In this document: positions 1-9,002 of the stretch, in pieces
Numbering within the stretch: the stretch's first letter is position 1
Layout of the letters: every line of letters begins with the position of its first letter
Origin: a bacterium
Lineage (GTDB): Bacteria > SAR324 > NAC60-12
Direction of reading: 5' to 3'
Assembly: GCA_965233585.1 (NCBI GenBank)
Contig: CBDDTI010000729.1
Span: forward strand, 32,001 to 96,000
Length of the DNA: 64,000 bases
Notes under the pieces: generated by a model
The model's database searches: none
The model's input: only the letters and a program-made list of their open reading frames with translations
What the model was told of the DNA's origin: nothing
Translations under genes and position numbers: made by a program

Positions 1-965
1 TTATGAGAACCACCTCAATTCCATCAAAACAACTTTGTTGGTTGTCAAAAATAAGATTGAAAATGAAGGTTTAAAACAAGAAATCTTTGAGAATTTATTG
101 CAAGAAAAAGAGCATGGTCTCAAAGCATTATTGGCTTTGACAGGATTTTCTAATGAATTTCTGAAGCGATTAACAACAATGATTAGAATTGTTGATGATC
201 AAGAGTTAAACCAACTAGTTTATAAAAAGGAATGGATTTGTCAAAACCATACTGAAGACATTCAAGAATGGTCTGATAGTACTATCCAAAAGTTAATTCA
301 AGAAAACGAATACTTTAGAAAAGGAATTGTAAACCTCTTTTTTGAAGGATCATCTATTCCTTTTTTAGTTAAGACAATACCCTCTTTTGAACTGAAAAAA
401 CTTAGTATTTCTAAATTAAAGTTTGAAATTCCAGAAATGATTGATACTTTGATCCGCTACAAAGAAAAAGGAAGTTATTCTGGAAAAAAGAACAATAATC
501 CAGAAATGATGATTGAAGAAATTCTAAAAAAACATCAGATTGACTACGAACAAGGTGATCTACACAAACTTGCTAAGTACACTCCAGATAAGAAACGAAC
601 AATGGATTTTATTATTCCTAATCAAGAAAATCCTACTGTTATTATTGAATGTTCCTTATAAGAAACGAACAATGGATTTTATTATTCCTAATCAAGAAAA
701 TCCTACTGTTATTATTGAATGTTCCTTTTTAGCAACAACTTCTTCAGGACAAGGAGATAAATCAAAAACAGAAATTTCGGTCAGTACATTGATCAGGCAA
801 TATTATCCCAATACTAGTTTTATTGGATTTGTAGATGGTATTGGATGGTACGTTCGTAAAAAAGATTTAAAAAGAATGGTGATGGCTTATCAAGATGTTT
901 TCACATTTTATCAAAAAGAATTGGAACGATTTGAAAACTTCATTTTAGAAAAATTTAAAAAATAA
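1..965 (+). pseudogene. DpnII-like type II restriction endonuclease, 5'-truncated by the window edge and frameshifted by a 70-bp tandem duplication
   Basis: ORFs 35..661 and 540..965 both contain KKRTMDFIIPNQENPTVIIECS. The C-terminus DFIIP..IIECSFLATTSSGQGDK..FIGFVDGIGW resembles DpnII-family PD-(D/E)xK nucleases. A DNA methyltransferase follows directly. Confidence 0.75.
588..727 (+). repeat. Exact tandem duplication, 2 x 70 bp (588-657, 658-727)
   Basis: ataagaaacgaacaatggattttattattcctaatcaagaaaatcctactgttattattgaatgttcctt occurs twice head-to-tail. Confidence 0.97.
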
Positions 966-966
966 T

Positions 967-1920
967 ATGCAATCTTTTCTTAATCAAATCTTACAAGGAG
1001 ATTGTTTAGAATTGTTTCAACAAATCCCTGATAACTCTATTGATATGACATTTGCAGACCCCCCATTTAATTTGAAAAAAAAGTACTCTTCTTACCAAGA
1101 TAGCTTAGAGTTTCAAACTTATATTAATTGGTGTAAACAATGGATTGATGAAATGGTCAGAGTCACGAAACCCACAGGGTCTATTTTTTTACACAATATT
1201 CCTAAATGGCTGACCTATTATGCCGCTCATCTCAATCAAACAGCTCATTTCAAACATTGGATTTCATGGGAAGCTCCCACCGCGCCGATGGGAAAATCTT
1301 TACAACCTGCTCATTATGGGATTTTGTTTTACACCAAAGAAAGTAAGGGGACAAAAATTTATGAACTTCGCCACCCTCATAAAAGAGATAGAAAGCAAGG
1401 TTTTTTGTGGAAAGATTACGGAGGTAAAAAAGATTTACTACATCCTTTTGGTCCTTTAGTGTCAGACGTTTGGACTGATATTTTTAGAATCAAACACACT
1501 ACCAAAAGAGACAAACATCCTTGTCAACTACCAATTCATTTATTAGATAGAATCCTTTTAATGACAACTGATGAACATGATATTGTCTTGGATCCTTTTT
1601 CAGGGACAGGAACAACTGCCATTGCCGCAAAAAGGCTAGGAAGGAATTATATTGGTTTTGAATTGGATTCTAAATACGCAGAAATTTCAAAACAAAAATT
1701 AAAAAATATTGAACCTGATTCTAAGTTAGAGGAAGTTTGGGTCAGCTATTATTTAGATGAAATCATTACAATTAGAAATGATGACTGGGAAGTATTAAAA
1801 GAATATTTTACAATTCCTGAATCCACTAGAGATATAGATTTTAAAAAAATCAGATTAAACAATCAAAGCAAAAAAGAAAAGAAACATATTCAACTTGGTC
1901 TAAAATTTGGTTCAATTTGA
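967..1920 (+). CDS. Site-specific DNA methyltransferase (N4/N6, beta class)
   Basis: QGDCLE at the N-terminus; motif IV FADPPFN precedes HPCQLP and motif I VLDPFSGTGTT, then IGFELD. Confidence 0.93.
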   Translation: MQSFLNQILQGDCLELFQQIPDNSIDMTFADPPFNLKKKYSSYQDSLEFQTYINWCKQWIDEMVRVTKPTGSIFLHNIPKWLTYYAAHLNQTAHFKHWISWEAPTAPMGKSLQPAHYGILFYTKESKGTKIYELRHPHKRDRKQGFLWKDYGGKKDLLHPFGPLVSDVWTDIFRIKHTTKRDKHPCQLPIHLLDRILLMTTDEHDIVLDPFSGTGTTAIAAKRLGRNYIGFELDSKYAEISKQKLKNIEPDSKLEEVWVSYYLDEIITIRNDDWEVLKEYFTIPESTRDIDFKKIRLNNQSKKEKKHIQLGLKFGSI

Positions 1921-1926
1921 AAAAAA

Positions 1927-2193
1927 TTGCACAAGAAAATGAAAAAACACCTTAATCCATTCATCAACACTGTTTTAGCAGGTGATTGTTTAGAAGTGAT
2001 GCAATCCATACCTAATAATTCAATAGGTTTGATTTATTCAGTAGCTTTGTTGATGAAAGCCAAAGCAGTCAAACGTTCTAAGAAAGTCATTTTAATTCAA
2101 ACTCAAGCGAATGACTTACTTGATGAAATTTTTTCTGAAGAAGGCTTAACTATTATTCAAATTCCAGCAATTCAATTTAAAAGATTTCTTTAG
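1927..2193 (+). pseudogene. Remnant/chimeric ORF: N-terminus of a second DNA methyltransferase joined to unrelated sequence
   Basis: NTVLAGDCLEVMQSIPNNSI parallels NQILQGDCLELFQQIPDNSI of the upstream MTase, but similarity stops before the DPPY/F motif. Confidence 0.6.
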
Positions 2194-2246
2194 TCTTTCT
2201 TTTTAATTGATTTTATTTTTCTCAAACTTTATTGATTCAAAATCTT

Positions 2247-2846
2247 ATGAAAAATCAAAGTATCATTGAAGCGATTCAAAGTCGTGTTTCTGTGCCACAA
2301 AAACAGATGACGTCCCCTGCACCAACTGAAGAAGAACTGCAACTGGCATTAGATGCAACCCAGTCTGCTCCCAATCATGGAGCTTTGGAGTGTATGCGAT
2401 TTGCAGTGGTCAGAGAACATGAGGTTGACGCCTTCAAAAAACAATGGATTGAATTTGCAATCCAGAAATTTGAAGAACATGAACAACAGGAGCGAAAGAC
2501 CAACATGACTCGCATCCTTCAAGAAGTGCCAATGTTTATTTTTGTCTTTGTAGAGCCTCAAGGTTCTAACATTCCAGTCTATGAACAAGAATGGACGACT
2601 GCCTGTGGAGTACAAAACATGTTGCATGTTTTTTATCAACTTGGGTATGCCTGTAAATGGAATAGCCTGTATCGTGACCGCTTTCAATCCTTTAAGCAGT
2701 ATTTTCAAATTCCTGATGGTTGGTTGCCGATGGGATACGTGTTTGTTGGTAGTGCGGCAGAAGAGCATTTTGTCCCCAAACAAAGACCCAATTCCTCAAA
2801 TTTTACCTACTCCATGAATCATCAAGGAATTTTAACATCAGCTTAA
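2247..2846 (+). CDS. Nitroreductase family protein (YdjA-like)
   Basis: EAIQSRVS, ATQSAPNHG, CGVQNMLH..LGYACKW, MGYVFVG. ATG at 2247 is preferred over TTG at 2232. Confidence 0.85.
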   Translation: MKNQSIIEAIQSRVSVPQKQMTSPAPTEEELQLALDATQSAPNHGALECMRFAVVREHEVDAFKKQWIEFAIQKFEEHEQQERKTNMTRILQEVPMFIFVFVEPQGSNIPVYEQEWTTACGVQNMLHVFYQLGYACKWNSLYRDRFQSFKQYFQIPDGWLPMGYVFVGSAAEEHFVPKQRPNSSNFTYSMNHQGILTSA

Positions 2847-2884
2847 ATCACTCATTTCAATCATTGAATAACAAAGGAAAAAAA

Positions 2885-3826
2885 ATGAATAAACTTATCA
2901 AAAATCTTGCAATAGGAATGGGTTCTGTTGCAATGGCAAGTCATCTTTATGCCAAAACGGTCACAGATTATGCAGGAAACACTGTTGAAATTCCTGATAC
3001 TCCAAAACGCATAGCCTCACTTCATTTCATTGGCACAATCATGCTTTACGAATTAGGTGTACCTATTATTGGAACATCAACATTAACTAAAAAGAGCGAT
3101 TCCAAACCTTACATTCGTTCTAGTTATGAACTTTTTGGTGTAGATTTTACTAAGACAGGTTGGGCAAATTATGGCAGGAGAGGATTAGATTTAGAGCAAA
3201 TTAAAAAGTCTAAACCTGATTTAATCATTGCAGGGTTTTATCATCAAAAAATATATGACAAACTTGAAAAAATTGCTCCAACTCTTTTGTTTGATTATCC
3301 ATCAAATGTTTCTCATGCACATCAAGACCTTGCAACATGGGTTGGTAAGGAGGATATTTTCAATCAAAAAAATGCAGAATATCAAAAACGTTTATCAGAA
3401 GTTAAGACTCAAATTAAGGTCAATCTTAGCCAAAAAAGTTTTGTTTATATTAGAACGCAAAGAAGCAAACTATACATCGGTAATCATTACGGATCAATCA
3501 CTAAAGTTGCTTATGATTTAGGTTTACAGAAAGCTGACTTTGTGAAACAAAATATTGGTCAAGACAAATGGGGGGAAATGTTTAGTGGGGAGATTATCGG
3601 TAGTTTTTCTGATACCGATTACGTGTTTAGTACTTATCGTCAAGAGTTTAGTCAAGATTTAGAAAGCGTTTACGAAGGATTTGATGAAATCACTCCGGGT
3701 TGGCGAGACTTTATCAAGGCATACCAGAATCAAAATTTTCTAGCCTTTCAGTTTGAACTTGTCGTTCCTGTCTCATTTAAATCTTATCACTATGTGCTTA
3801 ATGAATTTAAAAAAACTCTTAACTAA
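2885..3826 (+). CDS. Fe-siderophore/B12-type ABC substrate-binding protein
   Basis: Signal peptide; TVTDYAGNTVEIPDTPKRIASL, LEQIKKSKPDLII, LEKIAPT; AAAGGA RBS. Confidence 0.9.
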   Translation: MNKLIKNLAIGMGSVAMASHLYAKTVTDYAGNTVEIPDTPKRIASLHFIGTIMLYELGVPIIGTSTLTKKSDSKPYIRSSYELFGVDFTKTGWANYGRRGLDLEQIKKSKPDLIIAGFYHQKIYDKLEKIAPTLLFDYPSNVSHAHQDLATWVGKEDIFNQKNAEYQKRLSEVKTQIKVNLSQKSFVYIRTQRSKLYIGNHYGSITKVAYDLGLQKADFVKQNIGQDKWGEMFSGEIIGSFSDTDYVFSTYRQEFSQDLESVYEGFDEITPGWRDFIKAYQNQNFLAFQFELVVPVSFKSYHYVLNEFKKTLN

Positions 3827-3866
3827 TTTAAATTTAATTTCAATCATTGAATAACAAAGGAAAAAA

Positions 3867-5708
3867 ATGAATAAACTTATCAAAAATCTTGCAATAGGAA
3901 TGGGTTCTGTTGCAATGGCAAGTCATCTTTACGCTAAAACAGTCACAGACCATGCAGGAAATGTCGTTGAGATTCCAGATGACCCGAAACGTGTGGCTTC
4001 ACTGCACACGCGTTCAACAAGTGTCATGCTCACGGAATTAGGTGTGCCTCTCATTGGGAGTGCAACAGTCAAACACGAAGCAGACAATAGACCTTACATC
4101 AGAGCTGCAGAAGAGCTTTTTGGCTTGGTTTTGCAACAAACACAACTCAAAAACTACGGGAAGAAAGGAGCAGATTTGGAACAGATCAAAATATCTCAAC
4201 CTGATTTGATTGTGGGCACCGTCAATTATCATGGAAAACTCTATGACAAATTATCTGCGATTGCCCCTACTGTTTTAATAGACCAAACAGGACAAGATCA
4301 AATTCAAGTTTATAAAGATTTGGCAAAGTGGGTGAACAAGGAAAAAGTTTTTACAGCAAAATACAGAGCTTACAAAAAAAGGTTAGCATTAGTTAAAGAA
4401 TCTTTTGCAAAGTCTCCTAGCAAATCAAGCATTGTGCTAGCAATTCCTTCTACTAGCAAAGGTAAATTGTCTGTTTACAGCACGTATGGAGGCATCACAA
4501 CTGTCTCTTATGACTTAGGATTCAAGATGTTGCCTTATGTCAAGGAAAACCTTGATGGTCAGGCAAGAGAACGTCTAAGCCCTGAAGTGATTTCTGAACT
4601 TGACTCTGACTATTTTTTCAGTGCTTACAGCTCAGCAGATGACGAAACACCTCAAGATGTTTATGAGAATTTTGACAAAGTGACGCCCGGCTGGAAAACC
4701 ATCTTAAATTCTTACAAAAACAAACGATTCATTGTTTTTCATTCGGAAACAACGCGTCCGCCTGTCTTCAAGGCATACCATAATGCTTTGGATAGGTTAG
4801 AACAACTGACACAAAAACAAACCAAAACAGTTGTAGATCATTTGGACAATGTCGTCCAGATTCCTAAAAACCCGAGACGCGTCGCCTCCCTTCATACTAT
4901 GTCAACAACTGTGATGTTGCTAGACCTTCAAGTCTCTTTAGTTGGAACAGCAACGCGACTCAAAAAACCAGTAAATAAACCATATATTCGGTCTGCTGAA
5001 GAAATTTTTGGAGTCAAGTTTGAAGACACCAATTACTTTAATTATGGCAAGTTTGGAGAAGACATTGAGCAAGTCAAAGCCTCAAAACCCGATTTGATTG
5101 TGGGAACCGTACGCCATGCAAAGGTCTATGACAAACTGTCAGAAATTGCTCCAACAGTACTCATAGATTATTTGTCCCCAGACCTTTTTAACGTGTATCG
5201 TGATTTGGCAACATGGGTTGGCAAAAAAGAAGTGTTTGAAAAAAATTATGCAAAATATCAAAAACGTTTAGCAGAAGTGAAAGTCAAAATTAAGGGCAAT
5301 CCCAGTCAGCAAACCTTTGTCTATATTCACCCACAAAAAGGAAAAGGTAAACTTCTGGTTCGTCAGCATTATGGGGCTATCACCAAAGTTGCTTATGACT
5401 TAGGATTTCAACGACTAGACTTTGTCAGACAGCAATTTCCAAACAACAAACCCGGTGGGAATTTAAGTGCAGAAGTCATCGGAGAATTTGCAAATGCTGA
5501 CTATATTGTCAGCACCTATCGTAACCAGTTTGGTGAAACATTAGATAGCATTTACGAGGGATTAGATGATGTTTCTCCCGGGTGGCGTGATTTCCTCAAA
5601 GCCTACCACACCAAAAGATTCATCGGCTTCAATCGTGAAGTTGGCTATCCCTCCTCTTTTGTCAGCTATCACTACGTGCTTGATGAATTTGAAAGGATTC
5701 TCAAGTAA
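3867..5708 (+). CDS. Two-domain (tandem-fused) Fe-siderophore/B12-type substrate-binding protein
   Basis: Two full repeats: TVTDHAGNVVEIPDDPKRVASLH..QPDLIVG..IAPTVLID and TVVDHLDNVVQIPKNPRRVASLH..KPDLIVG..IAPTVLID. Confidence 0.9.
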   Translation: MNKLIKNLAIGMGSVAMASHLYAKTVTDHAGNVVEIPDDPKRVASLHTRSTSVMLTELGVPLIGSATVKHEADNRPYIRAAEELFGLVLQQTQLKNYGKKGADLEQIKISQPDLIVGTVNYHGKLYDKLSAIAPTVLIDQTGQDQIQVYKDLAKWVNKEKVFTAKYRAYKKRLALVKESFAKSPSKSSIVLAIPSTSKGKLSVYSTYGGITTVSYDLGFKMLPYVKENLDGQARERLSPEVISELDSDYFFSAYSSADDETPQDVYENFDKVTPGWKTILNSYKNKRFIVFHSETTRPPVFKAYHNALDRLEQLTQKQTKTVVDHLDNVVQIPKNPRRVASLHTMSTTVMLLDLQVSLVGTATRLKKPVNKPYIRSAEEIFGVKFEDTNYFNYGKFGEDIEQVKASKPDLIVGTVRHAKVYDKLSEIAPTVLIDYLSPDLFNVYRDLATWVGKKEVFEKNYAKYQKRLAEVKVKIKGNPSQQTFVYIHPQKGKGKLLVRQHYGAITKVAYDLGFQRLDFVRQQFPNNKPGGNLSAEVIGEFANADYIVSTYRNQFGETLDSIYEGLDDVSPGWRDFLKAYHTKRFIGFNREVGYPSSFVSYHYVLDEFERILK

Positions 5709-5782
5709 TTTTTTAACTTAGTTTCAATCCATAAAAGGAGAACAAACAAGATTGACAAGGGACTATTTTAGATTAAAAAAAC

Positions 5783-7573
5783 TTACTTTAGCATCTCAAG
5801 TAGTCTCTTCTCATATTCTTTACTACCAGGGAATGGTATCTCAATAGGTTCAGGTCCTTTTAATCCTAACTCTGGATAAAGCACACTAAGCAAATCTTCA
5901 CAGGCAGAGTCTTGTTTAGGATAGTTTTTTTGTAATTCTTGATATTTCCTTTTAAAAGAACCTTTCTTATCCAATTTCAAAATAGTATCCCATAAACCAT
6001 AATATTTGAAAGCTAATTCAATATATTTCCAATATTCTTTATAATAAAAAGTGTTGTTAGCAAAAGCTATCCAAGAGTTAAATTTATAGCCGATTATTTT
6101 TTTACGTTTTGCAGATTCAATAACCTTGATTAAATCTGAATAGTTTTTGAATAAAAATTCTATCAATTCAATAGAGCTTGTATGTGTATAAAAAGTTTCA
6201 AAACCATCTTCATCTTCTTTAATCCACCATTCTAAGCATCTTCGGTTTAAATCATTAGCATATTTAAAAAAGCAGATTGGAATTTTATCTTTTTCATCAG
6301 TTTCTTTGATCTTTTTAAAATCAGAATCGGTGATAATATATCCAACTTGGAGCATCTTCACTATCAAACTATTTGGATAAATATTTTTATTTTCCAATAG
6401 AGCAACTAATGTCGTTTTACCACTTTCAGAACAATTTATATTAAAACCAAGCTGTCTACAAAGAATGATCATGAGTTCCAAAAAATCTCTATCATAACTA
6501 TTTGATAACTCCTCAATCCATCTTATGAATGGATTTTTCACTTTAAATTTTTGTGTAAACATCTTTTTTTCGTCATCATCTAGTGACCAAACATCATCAA
6601 AAATTTCCTCTCTGAAACTCAGATAACTTCTCCTTCCTTCCTTAATATCTTTAATTCTTTCTAAAAGATTAGAGACCCGTTGTTCCTTTTTTCTTTGTCG
6701 TTGTTCTTGAAGTTCTTTTGTTCTTCTTTCTCGCTCTTCCTGAATTTCTTTTTCTCGTTGTTCTTGTTGAGCTAATAATTTCTTTTTTTCCTGTTCATTG
6801 TCGTAATAATACACTTGAAAATCATCTTGAGAGTATTTAAGCTGGTCAAAAGTAACAGATTTCTTTTGCCATTTTTGCCTTAAATCATTGTCTTGATTTA
6901 AAAACCAACTTTTGTAATGACAGATCAGTTTAAAATCTTCAAATTCTTCATCAAATTGAAAGAAAGTTTCATACTTATTGATATATTTAATATCCTTTTG
7001 AAATTGGGATTGTCTTTTAGGATTTAAATTATCTAAAATCCATATTAAATAAATTTGATTTTTTTGGTAGAAATCACACCTTTTTAGAAGATACTCTAAA
7101 GGTAGATGAGACAACTGAATTTCAAAAACTATTCGTTTTCCTTGATATTCACAATAGACATCTGGTTTTCTCTTTTCACCATTGGACATGATGAATTTGT
7201 CATCCACACTAACATTTTTGAACGCTTTATTTTTGAATAAGCTGCCTCCAATTTTATTTTTTAATTCTATATGTCTAGGGCTTTCTTTAGATTCCAAGTG
7301 TCTATCAATACTTTTAATTTTATCTTCTGATAAAGTATCTTTTTTTAGAATACAATCATAAGAATCAGGAAAGTGTTTAAAATGTGGACGAACATTTTCA
7401 CTTACTGCTATATGAAGTGCTTGACCACACTCCAGACAGCTTAACTTAAATTCACCCGTGCCTAGTTTTTTCCTAAAAGAAAAAGTTGATTTACTGGTTT
7501 TAAAGACTTCTTTGGCTTCAATGATTTTTTTAGTGTTCTGTTCCCTAACTCTATTTATCGCTCTTATGTACAT
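5783..7573 (-). CDS. CoiA-like / DUF6035-type protein (Zn-ribbon + PD-(D/E)xK nuclease + coiled coil)
   Basis: CLECG..HFKH..C, ESPRHIELK, KPDVYC..VFEIQLS..YLIWIL. Lies on the opposite strand to its neighbours and is very AT-rich. Confidence 0.7.
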   Translation of the reverse strand: MYIRAINRVREQNTKKIIEAKEVFKTSKSTFSFRKKLGTGEFKLSCLECGQALHIAVSENVRPHFKHFPDSYDCILKKDTLSEDKIKSIDRHLESKESPRHIELKNKIGGSLFKNKAFKNVSVDDKFIMSNGEKRKPDVYCEYQGKRIVFEIQLSHLPLEYLLKRCDFYQKNQIYLIWILDNLNPKRQSQFQKDIKYINKYETFFQFDEEFEDFKLICHYKSWFLNQDNDLRQKWQKKSVTFDQLKYSQDDFQVYYYDNEQEKKKLLAQQEQREKEIQEERERRTKELQEQRQRKKEQRVSNLLERIKDIKEGRRSYLSFREEIFDDVWSLDDDEKKMFTQKFKVKNPFIRWIEELSNSYDRDFLELMIILCRQLGFNINCSESGKTTLVALLENKNIYPNSLIVKMLQVGYIITDSDFKKIKETDEKDKIPICFFKYANDLNRRCLEWWIKEDEDGFETFYTHTSSIELIEFLFKNYSDLIKVIESAKRKKIIGYKFNSWIAFANNTFYYKEYWKYIELAFKYYGLWDTILKLDKKGSFKRKYQELQKNYPKQDSACEDLLSVLYPELGLKGPEPIEIPFPGSKEYEKRLLEMLK

Positions 7574-7684
7574 GAAATAACCCAATTAAAAGAAATTAAA
7601 AATGCGATGATACCCTTTTCCTCTACCCTATTACAATCATACTGTTTGAATGTAATTCGTCCATAATTGGCTCTTCCACTAGAA

Positions 7685-7973
7685 TCAAAAAACCTCAAAA
7701 CATTCAATACCTCCGTTCAGGCTATAAATCTTTGGGTTAGATTTTTCGTAAATAGGGTGGGCAAATTACGGTTCTTTTGGCAAAGGTTTGGAACAAGTTA
7801 AAGCCTCAAAACCAGACTTGATTGTCATTGCAGGTTACAGTGCAAATTGGGCTAAAAAAGTTGCAAAAATTGCCCCCGCTGTGGTGGTTGGAAGAGAAGC
7901 CTCAAAAGATAGTCATTCTTATTACAGGGATTTGCTGAAGCTGATGAAGATTACAAAAAATCTTAGCGGCTGA
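7685..7973 (+). pseudogene. Degraded fragment of another Fe/B12 substrate-binding protein gene
   Basis: GWANYGSFGKGLEQVKASKPDLIVIAG..KIAPAVVV matches the upstream paralogs. Stops and frameshifts lie upstream, there is no start or signal peptide, and the stop is premature. Confidence 0.8.
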
Positions 7974-8080
7974 CACCTGACATTGAACATGTTAGGTTGT
8001 CATTATGTATGTCAAGCATTGTCAATCGGGAGATCAAACTCAAGAACATAGCGAAAGTTAAGTGTCATTGCAAAAACTTC

Positions 8081-8109
8081 TTGACATGATTGTCTGACAA
8101 TACTACACT
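8081..8109 (+). promoter_or_regulatory. Sigma70 promoter with a FadR/GntR-type operator in the spacer
   Basis: TTGACA (8081-8086), 17 bp, TACACT (8104-8109). Perfect palindrome ATTGTC-T-GACAAT at 8089-8101. Confidence 0.75.
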
Positions 8110-8113
8110 GCAT

Positions 8114-8971
8114 CAAATCGTTGATCTGATTAGTTTTTTACTAGCTCAAAACAATGTCTCAACCATTTAATAAAATTCAACGTCATTCAGCAGTTGACTT
8201 TGTGCTAGACCAATTTAAAGAGGCTTTCTTACAAAAGAAAATTTGTTTAAATGAACGGTTGCCAAGTGAAGAAAATTTAGCAGAGACTTTTGGAGTAGGA
8301 CGAAGTACGATTCGCGAAGCACTGCAACATTTGAAAGCATACGGGGTACTTGAAGCTTTTCCAAGTAAAGGCATGCGAGTTGTCTCAGACTTCAGTAGTG
8401 CCTATGGAAAACTTTCTTCTCTCAATCTAGCAATAGACTCTGAGACATTAGTTGATGTGCAACAATACAGGCAAATTATTGAATTAGGCAGTGTTGCTAA
8501 CATCTTGGCAAATATTTCTAGTGAAGATTTCAGCCTACTCCATCAACTCAATGACTCTTTACTAGATGAAAACCAATCTATGGAAACAGCGGCAGACATA
8601 GATTTTAGGTTTCATTATACTTTACTCAAGATTGGACAGAATAAGACAGCCCTTGCGGTCTATGAAAGCATTGCAGAGGTCATTCATCAGTTATTGAAAA
8701 GAGGAAGAAATAGAAGTGCTATTCAAAAAGGACATGGTGAACATCAAAAGATTTTGAATGCCTTGCAAGAAAAAGATTTGACAAAAACCACAGAATATCT
8801 TTTCCAACATTTAGAGGAAGGAATCCATTATCTTAAAAAATCTCAATTCAGAAAAAATCTTTCAGAACAATAGTCGTGTCAGGAATCATTTTAAAATCTG
8901 CAAATCATTGATCTAATCAATTTTTTACTGGCTAAAACAATGTTTCAACCATTTAATAAAATTCAACGTCA
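8114..8971 (+). repeat. Imperfect ~71-bp direct repeats (8114-8185 and 8901-8971) bracketing the regulator
   Basis: caaatc(g/a)ttgatct(g/a)at..ttttttact(a/g)gct(c)aaaacaatgt(c/t)tcaaccatttaataaaattcaacgtca in both copies. Confidence 0.9.
8154..8873 (+). CDS. FadR/GntR family transcriptional regulator
   Basis: RLPSEENLAETFGVGRSTIREAL winged HTH; C-terminal FCD domain DFRFH..N..EHQKILNAL. Confidence 0.92.
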   Translation: MSQPFNKIQRHSAVDFVLDQFKEAFLQKKICLNERLPSEENLAETFGVGRSTIREALQHLKAYGVLEAFPSKGMRVVSDFSSAYGKLSSLNLAIDSETLVDVQQYRQIIELGSVANILANISSEDFSLLHQLNDSLLDENQSMETAADIDFRFHYTLLKIGQNKTALAVYESIAEVIHQLLKRGRNRSAIQKGHGEHQKILNALQEKDLTKTTEYLFQHLEEGIHYLKKSQFRKNLSEQ

Positions 8972-9002
8972 ACTGAATTAGGAACAATAGACTGCCCAAG
9001 TT

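Noticed and set aside
540..661. Programmed ribosomal frameshift in the restriction gene
   Set aside because: The overlap is fully explained by the exact 70-bp duplication, and no slippery site with a stimulatory structure is evident.
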